A DNA stretch of 64,000 bases, from positions 333,064,001-333,128,000 of the forward strand of contig OZ024743.1 of NCBI GenBank assembly GCA_964016885.1, read 5' to 3'. This document shows, one piece after another, positions 34,210 through 49,200 of this stretch (positions are counted from its first letter, which is position 1; every line of letters starts with the position of its first letter). The translations under genes and the position numbers were made by a program. Under the pieces are notes generated by a model. That model was not told the origin of the DNA, did not search any database, and saw only the letters and a list, made by a program, of their open reading frames with translations. The DNA is from Eledone cirrhosa. Its lineage: Eukaryota.

Positions 34210-37200
34210 GGAACAAACTACCTGCATCAGTTGTTAGCTGTCGAGACACTGCATCCTTTAAAACCTCCATGGAACAAACTACCTGCACCAGTTGTTAGCT
34301 GTCGAGACACTGCATCCTTTATAACCTCCATGGAACAAACTACCTGCATCAGTTGTTAGCTATCGAGACACTGCATCCTTTAAAACCTCCATGGAACAAA
34401 CTACCTGCATCAGTTGTTAGCTGTCGAGACACTGCATCCTTTAAAACCTCCATGGAACAAACTACCTGCATCAGTTGTTAGCTGTCGAGACACTGCATCC
34501 TTTAAAACCTCCATGGAACAAACTACCTCCATCAGTTGTTAGCTGTCGAGACACTGCTTCCTTTAAAACCTCCATGGAACAAACTACCTGCATCAGTTGT
34601 TAGCTGTCGAGACACTGCATCCTTTAAAACCTCCATGGAACAAACTACCTGCATCAGTTGTTAGCTGTCGAGACACTGCAACCTTTAAAACCTCCATGGA
34701 ACAAACTACCTGCATCAGTTGTTAGCTGTCGAGACACTGCATCCTTTAAAACCTCCATGGAACAAACTACCTGCATCAGTTGTTAGCTGTCGAGACACTG
34801 CATCCTATAAAACCTCCATGGAACAAACTACCTACATCAGTAGTTAGCTGTCGAGACACTGCATCCTTTAAAACCTCCACGGAACAAACTGCCTGCATCA
34901 GTTGTTAGCTGTCGAGACACTGCATCCTTTAAAACCTCCATGGAACAAACTACCTGCATCAGTTGTTAGCTGTCGAGACACTGCATCCTTTAAAACCTCC
35001 ATGGAACAAACTACCTGCATCAGTTGTTAGCTGTCGAGACACTGCATCCTTTAAAACCTCTATGGATCAAACTAACTGCAACAGTTGCTAGCTATCGAGA
35101 CACTGCATCCTTTAAAACCTCCATGGAACAAACTACCTACATCAGTTGTTAGCTGTCGAGACACTGCATCCTTTAAAACCTCCATGGAACAAACTACCTG
35201 CATCAGTTGTTAGCTGTCGAGACACTGCATCCTTTAAAACCTCCATGGAACAAACTACCTACATCAGTAGTTAGCTGTCGAGACACTGCATCCTTTAAAA
35301 CATCCATGGAACAAACTGCCTGTATCAGTTGTTAGCTGTCGAGACACTGCATCCTTTAAAACCTCCATGGAACAAACTACCTACATCAGTTGTTAGCTGT
35401 CGAGACACTGCATCCTTTAAAACCTCCATGGAACAAACTACCTTCATCAGTTGTTAGCTGTCGAGACACTGCATCCTTTAAAACCTCCATGGAACAAACT
35501 ACCTGCATCAGTTGTTAGCTGTCGAGACACTGCATCCTTTAAAACCTCCATGGAACAAACTACCTGCATCAGTTGTTAGCTGTCGAGACACTGCATCCTT
35601 TAAAACCTCCATGGATCACACTACCTACATCAGTAGTTAGCTGTCGAGACACTGCATCCTTTAAAACCTCCATGGAACAAACTGCCTGTATCAGTTGTTA
35701 GCTGTCGAGACACTGCATCCTTTAAAACCTCCATGGAACAAACTACCTACATCAGTTGTTAGCTGTCGAGACACTGCATCCTTTAAAACCTCCATGGAAC
35801 AAACTACCTGCATCAGTTGTTAGCTGTCGAGACACTGCATCCTTTAAAACCTCCATGGAACAAACTACCTGCATCAGTTGTTAGCTGTCGAGACACTGCA
35901 TCCTTTAAAACCTCCATGGATCAAACTACCTGCAACAGTTGCTAGCTGTCGAGACACTGCATCCGATAAAACCTCCATGGAACAAACTACCTACATCAGT
36001 TGTTAGCTGTCGAGACACTGCTTCCTTTAAAACCTCCATGGAACAAACTACCTACATCAGTTGTTAGCTGTCGAGACACTGCATCCTTTAAAACCTCCAT
36101 GGAACAAACTACCTGCATCAGTTGTTAGCTGTCGAGACACTGCATCCTTTAAAACCTCCATGGAACAAACTACCTGCATCAGTTGTTAGCTGTCGAGACA
36201 CTGCATCCTTTAAAACCTCCATGGAACAAACTACCTGCATCAGTTGTTAGCTGTCGAGACACTGCATCCTTTAAAACCTCCATGGAACAAACTACCTGCA
36301 TCAGTAGTTAGCTGTCGAGACACTGCATTCTTTAAAACCTCCAAGGAACAAACTACCTGCATCAGTAGTTAGCTGTCGAGGCACTGCATCCTTTAAAACC
36401 TCCATGGAACAAACTGCCTGTATCAGTTGTTAGCTGTCGAGACACTGCATCCTTTAAAACCTCCATGGAACAAACTACCTGCATCAGTTGTTAGCTGTCG
36501 AGACACTGCATCCTTTAAAACCTCCATGGAACAAACTACCTGCATCAGTTGTTAGCTGTCGAGACACTGCATCCTTTAAAACCTCCATGGAACAAACTAC
36601 CTGCATCAGTTGTTAGCTGTCGAGACACTGCATCCTTTAAAACCTCCATGGAACAAACTACCTGCATCAGTAGTTAGCTGTCGAGACACTGCATTCTTTA
36701 AAACCTCCATGGAACATACTACCTGCATCAGTAGTTAGCTGTCGAGACACTGCATCCTTTAAAACCTCCATGGAACAAACTGCCTGTATCAGTTGTTAGC
36801 TGTCGAGACACTGCATCCTTTAAAACCTCCATGGAACAAACTACCTCCATCAGTTGTTAGCTGTCGAGACACTGCATCCTTTAAAACCTCCATGGAACAA
36901 ACTGCCTGTATCAGTTGTTAGCTGTCGAGACACTGCATCCTTTAAAACCTCCATGGAACAAACTACCTGCATCAGTAGTTAGCTGTCGAGACACTGCATT
37001 CTTTAAAACCTCCAAGGAACAAACTACCTGCATCAGTAGTTAGCTGTCGAGGCACTGCATCCTTTAAAACCTCCATGGAACAAACTGCCTGTATCAGTTG
37101 TTAGCTGTCGAGACACTGCATCCTTTAAAACCTCCATGGAACAAACTACCTGCATCAGTTGTTAGCTGTCGAGACACTGCATCCTTTAAAACCTCCATGG

Positions 37201-40200
37201 AACAAACTACCTGCATCAGTAGTTAGCTGTCGAGACACTGCATTCTTTAAAACCTCCATGGAACATACTACCTGCATCAGTAGTTAGCTGTCGAGACACT
37301 GCATCCTTTAAAACCTCCAAGGAACAAACTACCTGCATCAGTAGTTAGCTGTCGAGGCACTGCATCCTTTAAAACCTCCATGGAACAAACTGCCTGTATC
37401 AGTTGTTAGCTGTCGAGACACTGCATCCTTTAAAACCTCCATGGAACAAACTACCTGCATCAGTTGTTAGCTGTCGAGACACTGCATCCTTTAAAACCTC
37501 CATGGAACAAACTACCTGCATCAGTAGTTAGCTGTCGAGACACTGCATTCTTTAAAACCTCCAAGGAACAAACTACCTGCATCAGTAGTTAGCTGTCGAG
37601 GCACTGCATCCTTTAAAACCTCCATGGAACAAACTGCCTGTATCAGTTGTTAGCTGTCGAGACACTGCATCCTTTAAAACCTCCATGGAACAAACTACCT
37701 GCATCAGTTGTTAGCTGTCGAGACACTGCATCCTTTAAAACCTCCATGGAACAAACTACCTGCATCAGTTGTTAGCTGTCGAGACACTGCATCCTTTAAA
37801 ACCTCCATGGAACAAACTACCTGCATCAGTTGTTAGCTGTCGAGACACTGCATCCTTTAAAACCTCCATGGAACAAACTACCTGCATCAGTAGTTAGCTG
37901 TCGAGACACTGCATTCTTTAAAACCTCCATGGAACATACTACCTGCATCAGTAGTTAGCTGTCGAGACACTGCATCCTTTAAAACCTCCATGGAACAAAC
38001 TGCCTGTATCAGTCGTTAGCTGTCGAGACACTGCATCCTTTAAAACCTCCATGGAACAAACTACCTCCATCAGTTGTTAGCTGTCGAGACACTGCATCCT
38101 TTAAAACCTCCATGGAACAAACTACCTGCATCAGTTGTTAGCTGTCGAGACACTGCATCCTTTAAAACCTCCATGGAACAAACTACCTGCATCAGTTGTT
38201 AGCTGTCGAGACACTGCATCCTTTAAAACCTCCATGGAACAAACTACCTGCATCAGTAGTTAGCTGTCGAGACACTGCATTCTTTAAAACCTCCATGGAA
38301 CATACTACCTGCATCAGTAGTTAGCTGTCGAGACACTGCATCCTTTAAAACCTCCATGGAACAAACTGCCTGTATCAGTTGTTAGCTGTCGAGACACTGC
38401 ATCCTTTAAAACCTCCATGGAACAAACTACCTCCATCAGTTGTTAGCTGTCGAGACACTGCATCCTTTAAAACCTCCATGGAACAAACTACCTGCATCAG
38501 TTGTTAGCTGTCGAGACACTGCATCCTTTAAAACCTCCATGGAACAAACTACCTGCATCAGTTGTTAGCTGTCGAGACACTGCATCCTTTAAAACCTCCA
38601 TGGAACAAACTACCTGCATCAGTTGTTAGCTGTCGAGACACTGCTTCCTTTAAAACCTCCATGGAACAAACTACCTGCATCAGTTGTTAGCTGTCGAGAC
38701 ACTGCATCCTTTAAAACCTCCATGGAACAAACTACCTGCATCAGTTGTTAGCTGTCGAGACACTGCATCCTTTAAAACCTCCATGGAACAAACTACCTGC
38801 ATCAGTTGTTAGCTGTCGAGACACTGCATCCTTTAAAACCTCCATGGAACAAACTACCTGCATCAGTTGTTAGCTGTCGAGACACTGCATCCTTTAAAAC
38901 CTCCATGGATCAAACTACCTGCAACAGTTGCTAGCTGTCGAGACACTGCATCCTTTAAAACCTCCATGGAACAAACTACCTACATCAGTTGTTAGCTGTC
39001 GAGACACTGCATCCTTTAAAACCTCCATGGAACAAACTACCTGCATCAGTTGTTAGCTGTTGAGACACTGCTTCCTTTAAAACCTCCATGGAACAAACTA
39101 CCTACATCAGTTGTTAGCTGTTGAAACACTGCTTCCTTTAAAACCTCCATGGAACAAACTACCTGCATCAGTTGTTAGCTGTCGAGACACTGCATCCTTT
39201 AAAACCTCCATGGAACAAACTACCTGCATCAGTTGTTAGCTGTCGAGACACTGCATCCTTTAAAACCTCCATGGAACAAACTACCTGCATCAGTTGTTAG
39301 CTGTCGAGACACTGCATCCTTTAAAACCTCCATGGAACAAACTACCTGCATCAGTTGTTAGCTGTCGAGACACTGCATCCTTTAAAACCTCCATGGATCA
39401 AACTACCTGCAACAGTTGCTAGCTGTCGAGACACTGCATCCGTTAAAACCTCCATGGAACAAACTACCTACATCAGTTGTTAGCTGTCGAGACACTGCTT
39501 CCTTTAAAACCTCCATGGAACAAACTACCTACATCAGTTGTTAGCTGTTGAGACACTGCTTCCTTTAAAACCTCCATGGAACAAACTACCTGCATCAGTT
39601 GTTAGCTGTCGAGACACTGCATCCTTTAAAACCTCCATGGAACAAACTACCTGCATCAGTTGTTAGCTGTCGAGACACTGCATCCTTTCAAACCTCCATG
39701 GAACAAACTACCTGCATCAGTTGTTAGCTGTCGAGACACTGCATCCTTTAAAACCTCCATGGAACAAACTACCTGCATCAGTAGTTAGCTGTCGAGACAC
39801 TGCATTCTTTAAAACCTCCATGGAACAAACTACCTGCATCAGTAGTTAGCTGTCGAGACACTGCATCCTTTAAAACCTCCATGGAACAAACTGCCTGTAT
39901 CAGTTGTTAGCTGTCGAGACACTGCATCCTTTAAAACCTCCATGGAACAAACTACCTCCATCAGTTGTTAGCTGTCGAGACACTGCATCCTTTAAAACCT
40001 CCATGGAACAAACTACCTGCATCAGTTGTTAGCTGTCGAGACACTGCATCCTTTAAAACCTCCATGGAACAAACTACCTGCATCAGTTGTTAGCTGTCGA
40101 GACACTGCATCCTTTAAAACCTCCATGGAACAAACTACCTGCATCAGTTGTTAGCTGTCGAGACACTGCTTCCTTTAAAACCTCCATGGAACAAACTACC

Positions 40201-43200
40201 TGCATCAGTTGTTAGCTGTCGAGACACTGCATCCTTTAAAACCTCCATGGAACAAACTACCTGCATCAGTTGTTAGCTGTCGAGACACTGCATCCTTTAA
40301 AACCTCCATGGAACAAACTACCTGCATCAGTTGTTAGCTGTTGAGACACTGCTTCCTTTAAAACCTCCATGGAACAAACTACCTGCATCAGTTGTTAGCT
40401 GTCGAGACACTGCATCCTTAAAAACCTCCATGGAACAAACTACCTGCATCAGTTGTTAGCTGTCGAGACACTGCATCCTTTAAAACCTCCATGGAACAAA
40501 CTACCTGCATCAGTTGTTAGCTGTCGAGACACTGCATCCTTTAAAACCTCCATGGATCAAACTACCTGCAACAGTTGCTAGCTGTCGAGACACTGCATCC
40601 GTTAAAACCTCCATGGAACAAACTACCTACATCAGTTGTTAGCTGTCGAGACACTGCATCCTTTAAAACCTCCATGGAACAAACTACCTACATCAGTTGT
40701 TAGCTGTTGAGACACTGCTTCCTTTAAAACCTCCATGGAACAAACTACCTACATCAGTTGTTAGCTGTCGAGACACTGCTTCCTTTAAAACCTCCATGGA
40801 ACAAACTACATACATCAGTTGTTAGCTGTTGAGACACTGCTTCCTTTAAAACCTCCATGGAACAAACTACCTGCATCAGTTGTTAGCTGTCGAGACACTG
40901 CATCCTTTAAAACCTCCATGGAACAAACTACCTGCATCAGTTGTTAGCTGTCGAGACACTGCATCCTTTAAAACCTCCATGGAACAAACTACCTGCATCA
41001 GTTGTTAGCTGTCGAGACACTGCATCCTTTAAAACCTCCATGGAACAAACTACCTGCATCAGTAGTTAGCTGTCGAGACACTGCATTCTTTAAAACCTCC
41101 ATGGAACAAACTACCTGCATCAGTAGTTAGTTGTCGAGACACTGCATCCTTTAAAACCTCCATGGAACAAACTGCCTGTATCAGTTGTTAGCTGTCGAGA
41201 CACTGCATCCTTTAAAACCTCCATGGAACAAACTACCTACATCAGTTGTTAGCTGTCGAGACACTGCATCCTTTAAAACCTCCATGGAACAAACTACCTG
41301 CATCAGTTGTTAGCTGTCGAGACACTGCATCCTTTAAAACCTCCATGGAACAAACTGCCTGTATCAGTTGTTAGCTGTCGAGACACTGCATCCTTTAAAA
41401 CCTCCATGGAACAAACTACCTACATCAGTTGTTAGCTGTCGAGACACTGCATCCTTTAAAACCTCCATGGAACAAACTACCTGCATCAGTTGTTAGCTGT
41501 CGAGACACTGCATCCTTTAAAACCTCCATGGAACAAACTACCTGCATCAGTTGTTAGCTGTCGAGACACTGCATCCTTTAAAATCTCCATGGAACAAACT
41601 ACCTGCATCAGTTGTTAGCTGTCGAGACACTGCTTCCTTTAAAACCTCCATGGAACAAACTACCTGCATCAGTTGTTAGCTGTCGAGACACTGCATCCTT
41701 TAAAACCTCCATGGAACAAACTACCTGCATCAGTTGTTAGCTGTCGAGACACTGCATCCTTTAAAACCTCCATGGAAAAAAACTACCTGCATCAGTTGTT
41801 AGCTGTTGAGACACTGCTTCCTTTAAAACCTCCATGGAACAAACTACCTGCATCAGTTGTTAGCTGTCGAGACACTGCATCCTTAAAAAGCTCCATGGAA
41901 CAAACTACCTGCATCAGTTGTTAGCTGTCGAGACACTGCATCCTTTAAAACCTCCATGGAACAAACTACCTGCATCAGTTGTTAGCTGTCGAGACACTGC
42001 ATCCTTTAAAACCTCCATGGATCAAACTACCTGCAACAGTTGCTAGCTGTCGAGACACTGCATCCGTTAAAACCTCCATGGAACAAACTACCTACATCAG
42101 TTGTTAGCTGTCGAGACACTGCATCCTTTAAAACCTCCATGGAACAAACTACCTGCATCAGTTGTTAGCTGTCGAGACACTGCATCCTTTAAAACCTCCA
42201 TGGAACAAACTACCTGCATCAGTTGTTAGCTGTCGAGACACTGCTTCCTTTAAAACCTCCATGGAACAAACTACCTGCATCAGTTGTTAGCTGTCGAGAC
42301 ACTGCATCCTTTAAAACCTCCATGGAACAAACTACCTGCATCAGTTGTTAGCTGTCGAGACACTGCATCCTTTAAAACCTCCATGGAACAAACTACCTGC
42401 ATCAGTTGTTAGCTGTTGAGACACTGCTTCCTTTAAAACCTCCACGGAACAAACTACCTGCATCAGTTGTTAGCTGTCGAGACACTGCATCCTTAAAAAC
42501 CTCCATGGAACAAACTACCTGCATCAGTTGTTAGCTGTCGAGACACTGCATCCTTTAAAACCTCCATGGAACAAACTACCTGCATCAGTTGTTAGCTGTC
42601 GAGACACTGCATCCTTTAAAACCTCCATGGATCAAACTACCTGCAACAGTTGCTAGCTGTCGAGACACTGCATCCGTTAAAACCTCCATGGAACAAACTA
42701 CCTACATCAGTTGTTAGCTGTCGAGACACTGCATCCTTTAAAACCTCCATGGAACAAACTACCTACATCAGTTGTTAGCTGTCGAGACACTGCATCCTTT
42801 AAAACCTCCATGGAACAAACTACCTGCATCAGTTGTTAGCTGTCGAGACACTGCATCCTTTAAAACCTCCATGGATCAAACTACCTGCAACAGTTGCTAG
42901 CTGTCGAGACACTGCATCCGTTAAAACCTCCATGGAACAAACTACCTACATCAGTTGTTAGCTGTCGAGACACTGCATCCTTTAAAACCTCCATGGAACA
43001 AACTACCTACATCAGTTGTTAGCTGTTGAGACACTGCTTCCTTTAAAACCTCCATGGAACAAACTACCTACATCAGTTGTTAGCTGTCGAGACACTGCTT
43101 CCTTTAAAACCTCCATGGAACAAACTACATACATCAGTTGTTAGCTGTTGAGACACTGCTTCCTTTAAAACCTCCATGGAACAAACTACCTGCATCAGTT

Positions 43201-46200
43201 GTTAGCTGTCGAGACACTGCATCCTTTAAAACCTCCATGGAACAAACTACCTGCATCAGTTGTTAGCTGTCGAGACACTGCATCCTTTAAAACCTCCATG
43301 GAACAAACTACCTGCATCAGTTGTTAGCTGTCGAGACACTGCATCCTTTAAAACCTCCATGGAACAAACTACCTGCATCAGTAGTTAGCTGTCGAGACAC
43401 TGCATTCTTTAAAACCTCCATGGAACAAACTACCTGCATCAGTAGTTAGTTGTCGAGACACTGCATCCTTTAAAACCTCCATGGAACAAACTGCCTGTAT
43501 CAGTTGTTAGCTGTCGAGACACTGCATCCTTTAAAACCTCCATGGAACAAACTACCTACATCAGTTGTTAGCTGTCGAGACACTGCATCCTTTAAAACCT
43601 CCATGGAACAAACTACCTGCATCAGTTGTTAGCTGTCGAGACACTGCATCCTTTAAAACCTCCATGGAACAAACTGCCTGTATCAGTTGTTAGCTGTCGA
43701 GACACTGCATCCTTTAAAACCTCCATGGAACAAACTACCTACATCAGTTGTTAGCTGTCGAGACACTGCATCCTTTAAAACCTCCATGGAACAAACTACC
43801 TGCATCAGTTGTTAGCTGTCGAGACACTGCATCCTTTAAAACCTCCATGGAACAAACTACCTGCATCAGTTGTTAGCTGTCGAGACACTGCATCCTTTAA
43901 AATCTCCATGGAACAAACTACCTGCATCAGTTGTTAGCTGTCGAGACACTGCTTCCTTTAAAACCTCCATGGAACAAACTACCTGCATCAGTTGTTAGCT
44001 GTCGAGACACTGCATCCTTTAAAACCTCCATGGAACAAACTACCTGCATCAGTTGTTAGCTGTCGAGACACTGCATCCTTTAAAACCTCCATGGAAAAAA
44101 ACTACCTGCATCAGTTGTTAGCTGTTGAGACACTGCTTCCTTTAAAACCTCCATGGAACAAACTACCTGCATCAGTTGTTAGCTGTCGAGACACTGCATC
44201 CTTAAAAAGCTCCATGGAACAAACTACCTGCATCAGTTGTTAGCTGTCGAGACACTGCATCCTTTAAAACCTCCATGGAACAAACTACCTGCATCAGTTG
44301 TTAGCTGTCGAGACACTGCATCCTTTAAAACCTCCATGGATCAAACTACCTGCAACAGTTGCTAGCTGTCGAGACACTGCATCCGTTAAAACCTCCATGG
44401 AACAAACTACCTACATCAGTTGTTAGCTGTCGAGACACTGCATCCTTTAAAACCTCCATGGAACAAACTACCTGCATCAGTTGTTAGCTGTCGAGACACT
44501 GCATCCTTTAAAACCTCCATGGAACAAACTACCTGCATCAGTTGTTAGCTGTCGAGACACTGCTTCCTTTAAAACCTCCATGGAACAAACTACCTGCATC
44601 AGTTGTTAGCTGTCGAGACACTGCATCCTTTAAAACCTCCATGGAACAAACTACCTGCATCAGTTGTTAGCTGTCGAGACACTGCATCCTTTAAAACCTC
44701 CATGGAACAAACTACCTGCATCAGTTGTTAGCTGTTGAGACACTGCTTCCTTTAAAACCTCCACGGAACAAACTACCTGCATCAGTTGTTAGCTGTCGAG
44801 ACACTGCATCCTTAAAAACCTCCATGGAACAAACTACCTGCATCAGTTGTTAGCTGTCGAGACACTGCATCCTTTAAAACCTCCATGGAACAAACTACCT
44901 GCATCAGTTGTTAGCTGTCGAGACACTGCATCCTTTAAAACCTCCATGGATCAAACTACCTGCAACAGTTGCTAGCTGTCGAGACACTGCATCCGTTAAA
45001 ACCTCCATGGAACAAACTACCTACATCAGTTGTTAGCTGTCGAGACACTGCATCCTTTAAAACCTCCATGGAACAAACTACCTACATCAGTTGTTAGCTG
45101 TTGAGACACTGCTTCCTTTAAAACCTCCATGGAACAAACTACCTACATCAGTTGTTAGCTGTCGAGACACTGCTTCCTTTAAAACCTCCATGGAACAAAC
45201 TACATACATCAGATGTTAGCTGTTGAGACACTGCTTCCTTTAAAACCTCCATGGAACAAACTACCTGCATCAGTTGTTAGCTGTCGAGACACTGCATCCT
45301 TTAAAACCTCCATGGAACAAACTACCTGCATCAGTTGTTAGCTGTCGAGACACTGCATCCTTTAAAACCTCCATGGAACAAACTACCTGCATCAGTTGTT
45401 AGCTGTCGAGACACTGCATCCTTTAAAACCTCCATGGAACAAACTACCTGCATCAGTTGTTAGCTGTTGAGACACTGCTTCCTTTAAAACCTCCATGGAA
45501 CAAACTACCTGCATCAGTTGTTAGCTGTCGAGACACTGCATCCTTAAAAACCTCCATGGAACAAACTACCTGCATCAGTTGTTAGCTGTCGAGACACTGC
45601 ATCCTTTAAAACCTCCATGGAACAAACTACCTGCATCAGTTGTTAGCTGTCGAGACACTGCATCCTTTAAAACCTCCATGGATCAAACTACCTGCAACAG
45701 TTGCTAGCTGTCGAGACACTGCATCCGTTAAAACCTCCATGGAACAAACTACCTACATCAGTTGTTAGCTGTCGAGACACTGCATCCTTTAAAACCTCCA
45801 TGGAACAAACTACCTACATCAGTTGTTAGCTGTTGAGACACTGCTTCCTTTAAAACCTCCATGGAACAAACTACCTACATCAGTTGTTAGCTGTTGAGAC
45901 ACTGCTTCCTTTAAAACCTCCATGGAACAAACTACCTGCATCAGTTGTTAGCTGTCGAGACACTGCATCCTTTAAAACCTCCATGGAACAAACTACCTGC
46001 ATCAGTTGTTAGCTGTCGAGACACTGCATCCTTTAAAACCTCCATGGAACAAACTACCTGCATCAGTTGTTAGCTGTCGAGACACTGCATCCTTTTAAAC
46101 CTCCATGGAACAAACTACCTGCATCAGTAGTTAGCTGTCGAGACACTGCATCCTTTAAAACCTCCATGGAACAAACTACCTGCATCAGTAGTTAGCTGTC

Positions 46201-49200
46201 GAGACACTGCATCCTTTAAAACCTCCATGGAACAAACTGCCTGATTCAGTTGTTAGCTGTCGAGACACTGCATCCTTTAAAACCTCCATGGAACAAACTA
46301 CCTACATCAGTTGTTAGATGTCGAGACACTGCATCCTTTAAAACCTCCATGGATCAAACTACCTGCAACAGTTGCTAGCTGTCGAGACACTGCATCCTTT
46401 AAAACCTCCATGGAACAAACTACCTGCATCAGTTGCTAGCTGTCGAGACACTGCATCCTTTAAAACCTCCATGGAACAAACTACCTACATCAGTTGGTAG
46501 CTGTCGAGACACTGCATCCTTTAAAACCTCCATGGAACAAACTACCTACATCAGTTGTTAGCTGTCGAGACACTGCTTCCTTTAAAACCTCCATGGAACA
46601 AACTACCTGCATGAGTTGTTAGCTGTCGAGACACTGCATCCTTTAAAACCTCCATAGAATAAATTACCTGCATCAGTTGTTAGCTGTCGAGACACTGTAT
46701 CCTTTAAAACCTCCATGGAACAAACTACCTGCATCAGTTGTTAGTTGTCCGGACACTGCATCCTTTAAAACCTCCATGGAACAAACTCCCTGCATCAGTT
46801 GTTAGCTGTCGAGACACTGCATCCTTTAAAACCTCCATGGAACAAACTACCTGCATCAGTTGTTAGTTGTCCGGACACTGCATCCTTTAAAACCTCCATG
46901 GAACAAACTACCTGCATCAGTTGTTAGCTGTCGAGACACTGCATCTTTTAAAACCTCCATGGAACAAACTACCTGCATCAGCTGTTAGCTATCGAGACAC
47001 TGCATCCTTTAAAACCTCCATAGAACATACTACCTGCATCAGTTGTTAGCTGTCAGGACACTACACCCTTTAAAACCTCCATGGAACAAACTACCTGCAT
47101 CAGTTGTTAGCTGTCAGGACACTGCATCCTTTAAAACCTCCATGGAACAAACTACCTGCATCAGTTGTTAGCTGTCGAGACACTGCATCCTTTAAAACCT
47201 CCATGGAACAAACTACCTGCATCAGTTGTTAGCTGTCGAGACACTGCATCCTTTAAAACCTCCATGGAACAAACTACCTGCATCAGTTGTTAGCTGTCGA
47301 AACACTGCATCCTTTAAAACCTCCATGGAACAAACTACCTGAATCAGTTGTTAGCTGTCGAGACACTGCATCCTTTAAAACCTCCATGGAACAAACTACC
47401 TGAATCAGTTGTTAGCTGTCGAGACACTGCATCCTTTAAAACCTCCATGGAACAAACTACCTGCATCAGTTGTTAGCTGTCGAGACACTGCATCCTTTAA
47501 AACCTCCATGGAACAAACTACCTACATCAGTAGTTAGCTGTCGAGACACTGCATCCTTTAAAACCTCCATGGAACAAACTGCCTGTATCAGTTGTTAGCT
47601 GTCGAGACACTGCATCCTTTAAAACCTCCATGGAACAAACTACCTACATCAGTTGTTAGCTGTCGAGACACTGCATCCTTTAAAACCTCCATGGAACAAA
47701 CTACCTGCATCAGTAGTTAGCTGTCGAGACACTGCATTCTTTAAAACCTCCATGGAACAAACTACCTGCATCAGTAGTTAGTTGTCGAGACACTGCATCC
47801 TTTAAAACCTCCATGGAACAAACTGCCTGTATCAGTTGTTAGCTGTCGAGACACTGCATCCTTTAAAACCTCCATGGAACAAACTACCTACATCAGTTGT
47901 TAGCTGTCGAGACACTGCATCCTTTAAAACCTCCATGGAACAAACTACCTGCATCAGTTGTTAGCTGTCGAGACACTGCATCCTTTAAAACCTCCATGGA
48001 ACAAACTGCCTGTATCAGTTGTTAGCTGTCGAGACACTGCATCCTTTAAAACCTCCATGGAACAAACTACCTACATCAGTTGTTAGCTGTCGAGACACTG
48101 CATCCTTTAAAACCTCCATGGAACAAACTACCTGCATCAGTTGTTAGCTGTCGAGACACTGCATCCTTTAAAACCTCCATGGAACAAACTACCTGCATCA
48201 GTTGTTAGCTGTCGAGACACTGCATCCTTTAAAATCTCCATGGAACAAACTACCTGCATCAGTTGTTAGCTGTCGAGACACTGCTTCCTTTAAAACCTCC
48301 ATGGAACAAACTACCTGCATCAGTTGTTAGCTGTCGAGACACTGCATCCTTTAAAACCTCCATGGAACAAACTACCTGCATCAGTTGTTAGCTGTCGAGA
48401 CACTGCATCCTTTAAAACCTCCATGGAAAAAAACTACCTGCATCAGTTGTTAGCTGTTGAGACACTGCTTCCTTTAAAACCTCCATGGAACAAACTACCT
48501 GCATCAGTTGTTAGCTGTCGAGACACTGCATCCTTAAAAAGCTCCATGGAACAAACTACCTGCATCAGTTGTTAGCTGTCGAGACACTGCATCCTTTAAA
48601 ACCTCCATGGAACAAACTACCTGCATCAGTTGTTAGCTGTCGAGACACTGCATCCTTTAAAACCTCCATGGATCAAACTACCTGCAACAGTTGCTAGCTG
48701 TCGAGACACTGCATCCGTTAAAACCTCCATGGAACAAACTACCTACATCAGTTGTTAGCTGTCGAGACACTGCATCCTTTAAAACCTCCATGGAACAAAC
48801 TACCTGCATCAGTTGTTAGCTGTCGAGACACTGCATCCTTTAAAACCTCCATGGAACAAACTACCTGCATCAGTTGTTAGCTGTCGAGACACTGCTTCCT
48901 TTAAAACCTCCATGGAACAAACTACCTGCATCAGTTGTTAGCTGTCGAGACACTGCATCCTTTAAAACCTCCATGGAACAAACTACCTGCATCAGTTGTT
49001 AGCTGTCGAGACACTGCATCCTTTAAAACCTCCATGGAACAAACTACCTGCATCAGTTGTTAGCTGTTGAGACACTGCTTCCTTTAAAACCTCCACGGAA
49101 CAAACTACCTGCATCAGTTGTTAGCTGTCGAGACACTGCATCCTTAAAAACCTCCATGGAACAAACTACCTGCATCAGTTGTTAGCTGTCGAGACACTGC

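Noticed and set aside
41673-48575. Three identical 83-aa ORFs (and the minus-strand ORFs at 61497 and 63804) in the satellite
   Set aside because: By-products of indel variants in a 61-bp (non-triplet) repeat; useful only as HOR markers
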